Origin: Myxococcota bacterium
GTDB lineage: Bacteria; Myxococcota_A; UBA796; GCA-2862545
Direction of reading: 5' to 3'
DNA length: 61,835 nucleotides
NCBI GenBank assembly: GCA_039208735.1
Contig: JBCCQY010000046.1
Coordinates: 1-61,835 of the forward strand
Shown one piece after another: positions 18,725 to 27,634 of the stretch. Position 1 is the first letter of the stretch. Every line of letters begins with the position of its first letter. The notes under the pieces were generated by a model. It had not been told where the DNA came from. It searched no databases and saw only the letters and a program-made list of their open reading frames with translations. Position numbers and translations under genes: made by a program.

Positions 18725-20124
18725 TCCTCGGGATGCCGACACATGCGCCAGCTCCCTTCGACAAAGGCCATACCGATGTAGACGATGGCGGCGAGCAGGA
18801 GCGCAGTCAGGGCCGGGGGAATGTCGAGAAACGGCAGCGTTCGACCGGTGATGGTGAGGTAGAGCCAGGTGGCACCGCCAAGGCCAATGCTCGCGAGGGC
18901 GGTGGCTTCGCTGGCTGGCCGCCACAACCCAATGACCACGGGCACAACGGTGGCGACGAGCCCTACTTCGTAGGACATCGCGAGCAATCGAAAGGGACGT
19001 ACGCCAGACAGCGCGAGGCCTACGGTGACCGCCGCCACCAACGCCAAGGTCATGCGATGCAGGCCGACCGATTCGTCGAGGCCGAGCATGCGGGTACCTA
19101 CGTTGCGCGCGAGCACGGTGGATGGCGACATGAGATTGCTGTCGATCGTCGACAGCATTGTCGCGACCATCGCCACCATGACCGGAGCGGCGAACCAGGG
19201 ATCCAGCAGGAGTCCCGCGAGTGCGGGCATGACCGACCCCTGGTGCGAGGGCATGACGAGGGACGCGGTCAGTCCCGCAATGACCGGGGCAATGCCAACC
19301 GCGAGGTAGGCCATTCCTGCGGCGAAGCAGGCGAGCGTAGCAATGCGTGGAGTTCGAGCGGCACTCACCCGCTGGATCAAGGTTTGGTCCGAGGCATTTC
19401 CGAAGCTCGCCGCCAACCATAAGGCCAGCCAAGCCGGGGCTTCGTCGAGTCCAGGAAAGAAGCGCAGGCGCTCTTCGCCCAGCTGTTGCAGGGTCTGTAG
19501 TCCTTCAAGGGGCCAGCCGTTGCCGAGCTTCACCAAGCAAGCGAGTCCAACCAGCAGCACGCTGAAAACCGTGACCCCAACCTGGACCACATCGGTCATG
19601 GCGATGGAGTGCAACCCTCCCAGAAGGGTTTTGAGGAGTCCGATGGCCGCAATCGCGGGAACCGCGTACTCGAGGGAAACGCCAAGATACAGCTCGATGA
19701 CGGCACCCAGCGCGTAGTACTGGACCGCCAACCATGTCATGTCGGCCGGGATGGTGACCGCCGCTAAGAGGCCCTCCGCCCGGGGGCCGTACATCTTCCG
19801 GTACAGGTCGGGCAAGGTGACGACGCGGTACGAGCGGATTCGCGCCGCCATCACCCCGCCGATGATCAATGCACAACCCGACCCAATCGGCTCGAGCGCG
19901 ATGCCTGAAAGTCCCACCGCAGCGATTTCGTCGGCGGCCACGAGGAGCGTTCCTGCTCCGATCCAAGTGGCAAGCAGGCTCGACGAGATGACCCGGATGC
20001 CCAAGGTGCGACCCGCGAGCACGAACTCTTCGACGTTGGTCACCCGCCCACGCGCCCACAAAGCGATGGCGACCATGCCCACGAGGTACACGACAATGGC
20101 CAGGCCAATGGGGTGAAGGTTCAC
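18694..20124 (-). CDS. Sodium:solute symporter (SSS/SLC5, CHT/DUR3-like branch)
   Basis: About 13 TM segments; EFVLAGR, LATWIGAG, TLPDLYRKMYG, GGLHSIAMTDVVQ, QRVSAA, LSTIDS. Confidence 0.9.
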   Translation of the reverse strand: MNLHPIGLAIVVYLVGMVAIALWARGRVTNVEEFVLAGRTLGIRVISSSLLATWIGAGTLLVAADEIAAVGLSGIALEPIGSGCALIIGGVMAARIRSYRVVTLPDLYRKMYGPRAEGLLAAVTIPADMTWLAVQYYALGAVIELYLGVSLEYAVPAIAAIGLLKTLLGGLHSIAMTDVVQVGVTVFSVLLVGLACLVKLGNGWPLEGLQTLQQLGEERLRFFPGLDEAPAWLALWLAASFGNASDQTLIQRVSAARTPRIATLACFAAGMAYLAVGIAPVIAGLTASLVMPSHQGSVMPALAGLLLDPWFAAPVMVAMVATMLSTIDSNLMSPSTVLARNVGTRMLGLDESVGLHRMTLALVAAVTVGLALSGVRPFRLLAMSYEVGLVATVVPVVIGLWRPASEATALASIGLGGATWLYLTITGRTLPFLDIPPALTALLLAAIVYIGMAFVEGSWRMCRHPEDQSSEQPSST

Positions 20125-20160
20125 GGCACCTTCCCCCTCGCAAGGTGCGGCTGGCCAGCG

Positions 20161-21615
20161 TCAGACAAGGACGGTCACTTGCCGAAGCTCGCGGTCGTGG
20201 GCCATGACGTAGTGCGCGTGCTCCCGAAGGCTCTCCATCTCGCGAATCGCGCTAGCGGTGATGCGTTCACCGGGCAAGAGAAGCGGAATGCCAGGGGGAT
20301 ACGCTGTGATTCGTTCACCGCTGATCCGGCCTTCAGCCCGCTGTCGGGCCACGTTCTCCTTTGGGGCGTAGACCGCTGCGCAGGGGTCCGTGACCATGGG
20401 AGGAGACTCAAAGCAGTCGCGACGGGGAGGAGAGACTGGCACATGGGTCGCGGGGGCAAGCCGGCTGATGCCCTCGACCAATGCGTCGTAGGCGGCTTCG
20501 TCATCGGAAGGGCCCAGGGCGAACGCCAGAGTGCGCGTCGTTGCAAACTCCCCCAGCACGCGAGCGTGGTGCTCGATCGCTTGTTCGAGGTCAAAGCCAC
20601 TCATGCCCGTGCCTGCGACGTCGACAATGAGCTTCAAGGGGTCGAGGCCGCAGCCTTCGGGGGTGCGGTCGCGATGAAGGACCTGCAGCCCCGGTATGGC
20701 TGCCATGCGCCGTCGCAGCCGCTCGGCGCGAGACGCGGCTTGGGCAAACCGGGCCGCCCCACGAAGCGCGACATCCCGACGCGCCAGGTCGAGTGAGGCG
20801 AGTACGAGGTAGCTGGGGCTCGTCGTGCGCAGCAGATTGAGCCGCTGACGTAGCACCGGTGCAAGCGGAGCCGCCTCGTGGCCCACGTGTACGTACGCGC
20901 CTCCGTTGAGGGCCGTCAACGTCTTATGGGCGCTTTGAACCACCAGATCGGCCCCCAAATCAAGGGCGCTTCGGGGATGATGGTCCGGCAAGAAGGACAG
21001 GTGGGCGCCGTGGGCCTCGTCGACGATGAGCCAACGGCCGTGCCGGTGAACCACTTCGGCGATGGCCCGAATATCGGCGGTAAGGCCGTGGTAGGTCGGG
21101 CTTGTCACGAGCACCGCGCGCACGTCGGGATGTTCGATGAGTCCCGCCTCGACCTGGGCGGCGGTGGTTGGCAGCGGGCCCACCACTTCGTCACAGGTCG
21201 TGGGCATGAAGCGTGGGCGCACGTTCGCCAGGACCAGGGCCGAAAACACTGACATGTGGGCGGCCCGGTTGAGCAGCAGCCCTTCACCAGGCGACAGCGC
21301 GGTCATCATCGAAGCCTGGACCCCGATCGTCGAGCCATGCACGAGCATTTCCGTTGCGAACGCGCCGAACGCATCGGCCGCGAGTCGCTGAGCCTCCAAG
21401 ATGCACCCGGCGGGCGCGAAGGGGCTGTCCGTGGCTTCCATCGACGGAAGGTCGAGGGCCAGGATCTCGGGAGGAAGGAGTTCGCGGATGGCGCCATCGT
21501 CACGCCCCCGGTGCCCCGGCATGAACAGTCGGTGCACACCCTGATCTCGCCACGCCTTCATCGCATCGAACAGGGGGGCAACCGTTTGGTCAAGCGCGGC
21601 GGGGGTTTGGGTCAC
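20161..21615 (-). CDS. PLP-dependent Orn/Lys/Arg decarboxylase (wing-less YaaO/SpeA-type)
   Basis: MPGHRG, HGST, HMSV, DEAHGAH, PLP-lysine motif QSAHKTL, TTSPSY, C-terminal YPPGIPLLLPGE. Confidence 0.92.
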   Translation of the reverse strand: MTQTPAALDQTVAPLFDAMKAWRDQGVHRLFMPGHRGRDDGAIRELLPPEILALDLPSMEATDSPFAPAGCILEAQRLAADAFGAFATEMLVHGSTIGVQASMMTALSPGEGLLLNRAAHMSVFSALVLANVRPRFMPTTCDEVVGPLPTTAAQVEAGLIEHPDVRAVLVTSPTYHGLTADIRAIAEVVHRHGRWLIVDEAHGAHLSFLPDHHPRSALDLGADLVVQSAHKTLTALNGGAYVHVGHEAAPLAPVLRQRLNLLRTTSPSYLVLASLDLARRDVALRGAARFAQAASRAERLRRRMAAIPGLQVLHRDRTPEGCGLDPLKLIVDVAGTGMSGFDLEQAIEHHARVLGEFATTRTLAFALGPSDDEAAYDALVEGISRLAPATHVPVSPPRRDCFESPPMVTDPCAAVYAPKENVARQRAEGRISGERITAYPPGIPLLLPGERITASAIREMESLREHAHYVMAHDRELRQVTVLV

Positions 21616-22925
21616 AGTCGGTGGACCTTGGTCGCGACGAGGGGACGACGCAACGCATCGACGTGAATGCCACTCTTGAGGGCCGCAATCACTCCCGCGG
21701 CTTCGAGGTAGCTCTCAACAACGTGGAGCTGGCCAGAGGCGAATGGAAGCCGACTCAGCGTGTTCTTCATGCGATTGGTGTTCTCGCGGACCGCGATCAC
21801 AGGGATGCCTTGCCACAGGGCCGCCAACGTCGGCAAACCGATGCAGCCATCGGGCACGACCAAGCAGCTGATGTCTTCGGCACTCAAACACGAAGGATCG
21901 TAGGCGCCATTCGGGTGCTCGACGATGGCGGGGCTCTGGTGCAACCCCTTCATCAAGCAGAACGAGTAGGCCATGGAAATGGCTTCGGCGGCCTTTCGGG
22001 GGTCCGTCGGTCCGAAGTGGTGGGTGCGTAGCGCCAGGTCTTCAAGCGTGGGGGCGTGAGCTGACGGAACGCGGAGCACGTTCGAGATGCTGTGGGTGAT
22101 GGCGGCTTCAACCCCGCCCCAAGGGTTCGGACCCTCGCCCTCGAAGTACTGCTGAAAGAGGTCTTCGATGTTGCCGGCTGGCGCGATCATGGTCGAAATC
22201 GCGACCGCATCGTACGTTGCTCGCCGTTCTTGTAGGACGGTGAGCAACTCCTCGAGGCCCGAGACCTCCCCGACGGCTCGCCCGGCGGGGCTTTGTTCCA
22301 TGAGCATCGAGACCTGGCCGTTCAACACCAGCAATTCGGGGCAATCGACGCCCAACGTGGCGCGGGCCGCGCCGACCGTGTTCGTCAGCTGGTCAATGAC
22401 CCAATCTCCGTCATCGCGGGGCTCTGTGACGAAGAGGATTCGGTTCTTTCTGACCTTACGCAGTGCAACGGAACCCATCAGCAGCCGACTGATGATGCTG
22501 CCTTCGACATACAGGGCGTTGGCGGGCTGTTCGTTGATGTCGCTCGCGTTCACGACATTCGGGTGAACCACGACTTGATCTGACACGGTCGCAAGCAGCC
22601 TTGCCGCCGCCGTCGCATCTCCCGCATGACCGCCGATGGCACAGTCGATGCCGGTCGGCACCACCATGACGGTATTGAATTCGTGAGTTCGTTCCCCCTG
22701 ACGCGCTCGGAACTCCAGCATCGACGACAGGTTGGGCATTCCGCCATCGTCCGCCGTGAGGACTTCCGCTTCGACGGACCACCCATCCGCTTGTTCGGCC
22801 ACAACGGCAAGTCGCAACATCGACTGGGTTGGTGTGTCGCCGAACGTTCGTTGAAGCGATTCTTTACCTGACTCGGGGTCGTCAAAGTACGGAAGCTTGC
22901 CAGTTACAGTGCGAACGCGAATCAT
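21612..22925 (-). CDS. DUF3326-family protein with an N-terminal extension
   Basis: VPTGIDCAIGGHAGDA, HPNVVNASDINE, ALYVEGS, GGVEAAITH, PSAHAP, DPRKAAEA, SYLEAAG; GTGA overlap with the decarboxylase start; start 22925 inferred. Confidence 0.8.
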   Translation of the reverse strand: MIRVRTVTGKLPYFDDPESGKESLQRTFGDTPTQSMLRLAVVAEQADGWSVEAEVLTADDGGMPNLSSMLEFRARQGERTHEFNTVMVVPTGIDCAIGGHAGDATAAARLLATVSDQVVVHPNVVNASDINEQPANALYVEGSIISRLLMGSVALRKVRKNRILFVTEPRDDGDWVIDQLTNTVGAARATLGVDCPELLVLNGQVSMLMEQSPAGRAVGEVSGLEELLTVLQERRATYDAVAISTMIAPAGNIEDLFQQYFEGEGPNPWGGVEAAITHSISNVLRVPSAHAPTLEDLALRTHHFGPTDPRKAAEAISMAYSFCLMKGLHQSPAIVEHPNGAYDPSCLSAEDISCLVVPDGCIGLPTLAALWQGIPVIAVRENTNRMKNTLSRLPFASGQLHVVESYLEAAGVIAALKSGIHVDALRRPLVATKVHRL

Positions 22926-23412
22926 TGAGACAGGCTCTCTAAGAGGAACGTGGGGGTACCGGGCGTGGGTCGATCCATCAAAAGGGAAAACGCACCGGAC
23001 TCCGTGTGCCATGAAGGCAATCCAATCCGGCCGTCTTTTCATTGTCGCACAACGAGCCGCTATTGGGCGCGTTCTCAAATGCGCACGCAATTGGCTTGTT
23101 CCATGGCCAAAAGTCCCGAGTCGAGATTCACGTTTTGTGAAGCCTGACGCAGGACCCCGCGGGCGCGGGCCTTCGCGGAGGTCAGCCGAGGCAACCGAAA
23201 TTCGCCTCTACGTCACTGTGACTTGCCACCCACGCGAGTTTCCTTCGGCGAAGGTTTGGCGAGTTCGGCGAGCAGGTACACGTTGACGAGGGCCGCTTTG
23301 CGGAAAATGCCCCCATGGCATCCACTCGTTGGGCCGTGCGCGGTCGTCAAGGGGGCCATCACACGGTTCGCGATGCTACCGAATTGGCGCGGGAATCGAC
23401 TGGAGGTGTCTC

Positions 23413-24051
23413 ATGTCCTCGTCACCCATCGCCATCCTGGGCGCGGGTAAGATCGGCCGAAACTTGGCCCAGCTCCTGGTCGATGCGGGCTACTCGGTGG
23501 TCCTGGCGAACTCGCGTGGCCCCGAGACACTGCACGACACCATCGCGGCCCTCGGACCGCTGGCCACCGCGGTCTCGGCCACAGAGGCGGTGGCGGCAGC
23601 TGAATTGGTGATCGAAGCGGTGCCTTTCAAGGTGGTTCCCAACTTACCGAGCCTGGACCAACGGATTCTGGTGACCGCCGCAAACTATTACCCCGACCGT
23701 GACGGAACGATCGATCTTGCGGGACGCAGCCAAGCTCGCTGGGTCGCCGATCACCATCCTGGAGCCCAGGTCGTCAAGGCCTTCAACACGATCTGGTTTC
23801 AGCACCTCGCGTCGCAGGGCGATGCCACGCGGCCTGTTGAGGCTCGTCGCGCGTTGCCGGTGGCAAGCGACGACGAGTCGGCTCTGCAACAGGTCTGCGC
23901 ATTGATCGAGGCCCTCGGGTTTGCACCGCTTCGCGTGGGCGGACTCGACGATCACGCGGACCTGATTCAGCCTGGAGGCGCCCTGTACAATCGCGATCTC
24001 ACGCTGGCGGAGGCGCGCGAACGGTTCGCGGAGTTCAGTCGCGCTCGGTGA
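23413..24051 (+). CDS. NADP oxidoreductase, F420_oxidored family (Rossmann fold)
   Basis: ILGAGKIG, NSRGPETL, NYYPDRDG, VVKAFNTI; GGAGG RBS at 23402. Confidence 0.88.
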   Translation: MSSSPIAILGAGKIGRNLAQLLVDAGYSVVLANSRGPETLHDTIAALGPLATAVSATEAVAAAELVIEAVPFKVVPNLPSLDQRILVTAANYYPDRDGTIDLAGRSQARWVADHHPGAQVVKAFNTIWFQHLASQGDATRPVEARRALPVASDDESALQQVCALIEALGFAPLRVGGLDDHADLIQPGGALYNRDLTLAEARERFAEFSRAR

Positions 24052-24985
24052 ACACGCGATTGCGGCCCGCACGTTTGGCGGCATACATCGCCTGGTCCGC
24101 TCGCCGCAGGAGTTCCGCAGCGGTGTCGTTCGGCCGAGCTTCTGCCACACCCGCGGACACCGTCACGCGGGGGAGGGCGCGACCGTCGGGCATCACGAGG
24201 CCGGTGAACGCGAGAGAGGCTCGAAAACGATCCGCGGCTTGTCGTGCGCCTTCCAAGTTCGCTTTGGGCAAGATGACAATCAGCTCCTCGCCGCCATACC
24301 GACACAGGTGATCGTTGGGGCGAAAGCGCCGCCGCATCTCGAGCGCGACCTGCACCAGCACGTGATCTCCTGCGTCGTGGCCGTGCTTGTCGTTGACCCG
24401 CTTGAAGTGGTCAACGTCGATCAACACCACCGACAGCGGCTCGCCATCGGTTTGGGCACGCTGGAGCTGCCGAGGCAACATCTGGTCGATCCAGCGGCGA
24501 TTCTGCAGGTTCGTGAGGGGATCCACAACGGCGTTGCGCTGGATGCGATCCCGTTCTTGGGTGGTGGTGAGGAGGGCCGCGCTGCTTTGGCGGACGCGGC
24601 TGGCCTGCATCATGAGCAGGTTGAGAGCTGCCTGATGCGAACCTCGAATCAAGGTGAGGAAGGCAACCGAAGGAATCTCCTCGACTTCCACCAGCCCCTT
24701 TGCCACGATCCAGGCGGACCGGGGAACTTCATGGAGGGCGGCCAAGTCCCCCGCACACTGCCCTTCGGTGAGTTCCGCCACCGGCGTGCCATCGGGTTGC
24801 TCGAGGTAGATTGCCAAGGTCCCGCGGATGACCCAGAACACCGACGTGCCCCCGTCGCCAGGGTAGCCGAGGACCGTCCCATCGGCCTCCGTGCGACGCA
24901 TGGACTCCGCGAGCATGCGTTCGACAGCCCCGTTTTCAACCTCGAGGGCGAGGCCCGCGGAAGGCCAGCGTCGACGTCGCGTCAT
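24035..24985 (-). CDS. cNMP-binding domain + GGDEF diguanylate cyclase
   Basis: cNMP-like GDLAAL...PRSA; DPLTNLQNRR, DVDHFKRVND, I-site RPND, RYGGEEL, ADQAMYAAK. Confidence 0.92.
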   Translation of the reverse strand: MTRRRRWPSAGLALEVENGAVERMLAESMRRTEADGTVLGYPGDGGTSVFWVIRGTLAIYLEQPDGTPVAELTEGQCAGDLAALHEVPRSAWIVAKGLVEVEEIPSVAFLTLIRGSHQAALNLLMMQASRVRQSSAALLTTTQERDRIQRNAVVDPLTNLQNRRWIDQMLPRQLQRAQTDGEPLSVVLIDVDHFKRVNDKHGHDAGDHVLVQVALEMRRRFRPNDHLCRYGGEELIVILPKANLEGARQAADRFRASLAFTGLVMPDGRALPRVTVSAGVAEARPNDTAAELLRRADQAMYAAKRAGRNRVFTERD

Positions 24986-24989
24986 GGCT

Positions 24990-26168
24990 TCATCCGTCGA
25001 AGGCGCGGCGCATCCAAAGCGTGGGCAAGCGCACGATGGCCCAACCAAAAGCTACCCCGGCCATCGGTAGGGCCGAAAGCCAGTGATAGCGGAACAGCCA
25101 CTGGACCGCGGTTGCCCCATCGACGCCCGATGGCGTTTCCCCGCTGAGTTCGGCGATGCGCGGATTGATGATCAGCAATTCGGCAAACACGAGCGGGCCT
25201 ATCGTGAGTATGCCCAAGCCAACGACAAACACGCCGATCAACACGGACTCGACGAGCAGGTCGGTTACGGTTCGCCGCTCTGGATCGAGCACGGCATCGG
25301 TTCGTGCAGCGAGGAACATCGTTACCGTCGACGCGAGGAGCGCCACGGCGATGCCCCCCCAAAGAACCGGCGATTCGAGCAAAGCGTCGTGGTACGCAAG
25401 CGGCGTGAGGGTGAGCAAGGCCAGCGCGATGGCGCCCATGGCCCAAGCTGCCCCCCGCATCCGCTTGTCGCCGCGGAAGTACAGGATGGCGTCGCGGAGA
25501 GCCCAACAAAGGAAGATGGTGGTCCACAGACCCAATATCGCCGGAGCCGCCGACTGCTTGATGGTGTCGATCGCGCCACCCAGGGGTTCCAGCTGGGCAT
25601 TGACGCTGACTTGGAAGTAGGCCAACGCACCACCCCAGATGGCGGCGGCCAAAAGGCCAACAAAGGGCACCGGCGAGGGCCGGACCACCCGAACGGGGCG
25701 GTTGGGCGCTGCGTACCAAAGGTCGAAGGCGATGCCGCCGAGCGCGCCAAGTGCGGGGCCCGCCGCGAGTAGTCCAAGCGCCGCGGTGGGCGGGTACCAC
25801 AGGACCTGGGCCAACGATGTCGCGATGGCCTCGCTAAGCTCCCCCAGGGCATCGAGGCGAAGCAGCTCCCTTAGCGCTTCGACGGCCATGCCGGGGCTCA
25901 GCATCCAGGCGGCCCCCAAAAAGGCCGACAACCCCGCGGCGTAGGTGCCACTGCGCACGGGCTCCGTAGGCGAGAGCGCTCCAGAGAGGAATCCCGTGCC
26001 CATCAGCACGAGGCCGGCGAGGAACACCCCGGCGAGGCCCCCTCCGGGCGTCATGTACATCCAGTTGGTCAAGTAGTTCGACGGCAGCCCAACATAGAGC
26101 GGAGCCACCAGCGCGAGCGCCAAGCCCACGCCGCCCATCAGGCCCATCACAGTCGTGGAGGTGCGCAT
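24990..26168 (-). CDS. Polytopic membrane protein of unknown function
   Basis: About 10 hydrophobic segments; ends 4 nt upstream of the diguanylate cyclase start. Confidence 0.75.
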   Translation of the reverse strand: MRTSTTVMGLMGGVGLALALVAPLYVGLPSNYLTNWMYMTPGGGLAGVFLAGLVLMGTGFLSGALSPTEPVRSGTYAAGLSAFLGAAWMLSPGMAVEALRELLRLDALGELSEAIATSLAQVLWYPPTAALGLLAAGPALGALGGIAFDLWYAAPNRPVRVVRPSPVPFVGLLAAAIWGGALAYFQVSVNAQLEPLGGAIDTIKQSAAPAILGLWTTIFLCWALRDAILYFRGDKRMRGAAWAMGAIALALLTLTPLAYHDALLESPVLWGGIAVALLASTVTMFLAARTDAVLDPERRTVTDLLVESVLIGVFVVGLGILTIGPLVFAELLIINPRIAELSGETPSGVDGATAVQWLFRYHWLSALPMAGVAFGWAIVRLPTLWMRRAFDG

Positions 26169-26239
26169 CGTTACTGCATTTACGACATCCGCGGGCGCTC
26201 GGCCAGCAGGATCGCCAGGAAGCCGGATAAGGAGTGCGC

Positions 26240-27634
26240 ATGTCGCGTTCGATGCGCCGGATGGACCTCGCCCGTCGTCTCCCGGTCACCTTGGGCATTG
26301 CCCTTGCTACCCTTCTGATGTTCGTACTGCAGCGCGTTCTCGCGATTTCTGCGGTCGACGTCCAGGGCTTTGTGGGGGAGTTTCTCCTCGGTGACACCTT
26401 CGATAGTTGGCGAGTGATGTTGCGCCTGGGGGCTCTGCGGTCTGACCGCATCGTGGAGCATGGGGAATACTTCAGGCTGCTCACCCCCGTGCTGCTGCAC
26501 GGAGGGTGGCTGCACGTCGGTCTCAACCTGCTCGCGTTGGTGCAGCTGTCGGCGTTGGTCGAGATGCTCTGGGGCGGCCGTAGATTGGTCTTCATCTACG
26601 TGCTGTGTGGTTTGGCGGGCTCGCTGTGCTCCGCCACTCTCAATGATCCGACGCCGCCCTTGGCGGTGGGTGCGAGTGGGGCCATCCTCGGCTTAGCCGG
26701 GGTGTTGATGGGCACAATGTGGTTCGGTCCCTCGGCCACTGCGCAGTGGCTCACCGACTTGCTTGGTCGACGGCTCTTGACGGCGGTCTTGCTCACCTTT
26801 GGGTTGGGCATTGCCTTGCTCTTCTTCGTGGGACCGCTCCTCGACAACTGGGCGCACTTTGGGGGCTTCGCCTGTGGCATGCTGATCGCGGCTACGCTGC
26901 CGAGTCCTACCGAGCCCGAGGATCTCGCGTTCACACTGCCCACCGCGGGATTGGCGGGGCTCGTGTTGGTGGGTGCGGTAGGCTGGATGGCGATCGACGG
27001 CGATAACGCGCTTCAAACCGCGGAAGTAGATTTTGCTCGGCTGCATGCCGAGTCGGCGAGCCGTCAGCCGGAGAGCAACCAGGCCACATTGGTGCGGATG
27101 CTGCAGTGGTTTGCCAAGGCCGACGCCCTGGACGAGGGTCTAGAGACCTTCGAGCGTCAGGTGGAGCGGTATGAGATGCCGGCATCGACTCGGCTGTTGG
27201 TCGGGGCGATGTACCAGACGGGCCTTGAGGCCGAGGTGACCGATCCCGCGCTGATTGTGGTCGCCGAGCGGTGGGTCGAACTCGCGCCCAACGATCCCGA
27301 AGCCCTCAACACGCTGGCGTGGTTCCTAGTCACTCCCGAAACCACGTCCCTTCGAGATCCCGACCGCGCGGAGCCCCTGTCCCGCCGTAGTTTGCGTGAA
27401 CTTACTCCCGATGATGCGCTGCAGGAGGCGACGTACCTCGACACCCTCGGAGAGGTGCTCTACCAGAAGGGCGCCTACGTCGAGGCGTATGAAGTTCAAC
27501 AACGGGCCTTGTCCCGACTGGACGCAGCCGGAGAGGCCCAGTCGACCCTGATGGGGTGGCTCGCACCGTTGCCCCGCGACCTGTTTACCGAGCGACTCGA
27601 CAAGATCGAAGAGGCTCAGCGCGACGCTGGCTAA
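26240..27634 (+). CDS. Rhomboid intramembrane serine protease with C-terminal TPR region
   Basis: FRLLT..LHGG.LH...N, catalytic GASG and NWAHFGG; TPR-like NTLAW / YLDTLGEV; GGAG RBS before ATG 26240. Confidence 0.9.
   Translation: MSRSMRRMDLARRLPVTLGIALATLLMFVLQRVLAISAVDVQGFVGEFLLGDTFDSWRVMLRLGALRSDRIVEHGEYFRLLTPVLLHGGWLHVGLNLLALVQLSALVEMLWGGRRLVFIYVLCGLAGSLCSATLNDPTPPLAVGASGAILGLAGVLMGTMWFGPSATAQWLTDLLGRRLLTAVLLTFGLGIALLFFVGPLLDNWAHFGGFACGMLIAATLPSPTEPEDLAFTLPTAGLAGLVLVGAVGWMAIDGDNALQTAEVDFARLHAESASRQPESNQATLVRMLQWFAKADALDEGLETFERQVERYEMPASTRLLVGAMYQTGLEAEVTDPALIVVAERWVELAPNDPEALNTLAWFLVTPETTSLRDPDRAEPLSRRSLRELTPDDALQEATYLDTLGEVLYQKGAYVEAYEVQQRALSRLDAAGEAQSTLMGWLAPLPRDLFTERLDKIEEAQRDAG

Noticed and set aside
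23383..23400. Possible sigma-54 promoter TGGCGC-N5-TCGA
   Set aside because: The -12 element lacks the conserved GC, and the site is too close to the RBS
26180..26515. 111-aa minus-strand ORF
   Set aside because: Lies mostly antisense to the rhomboid gene; no motif support
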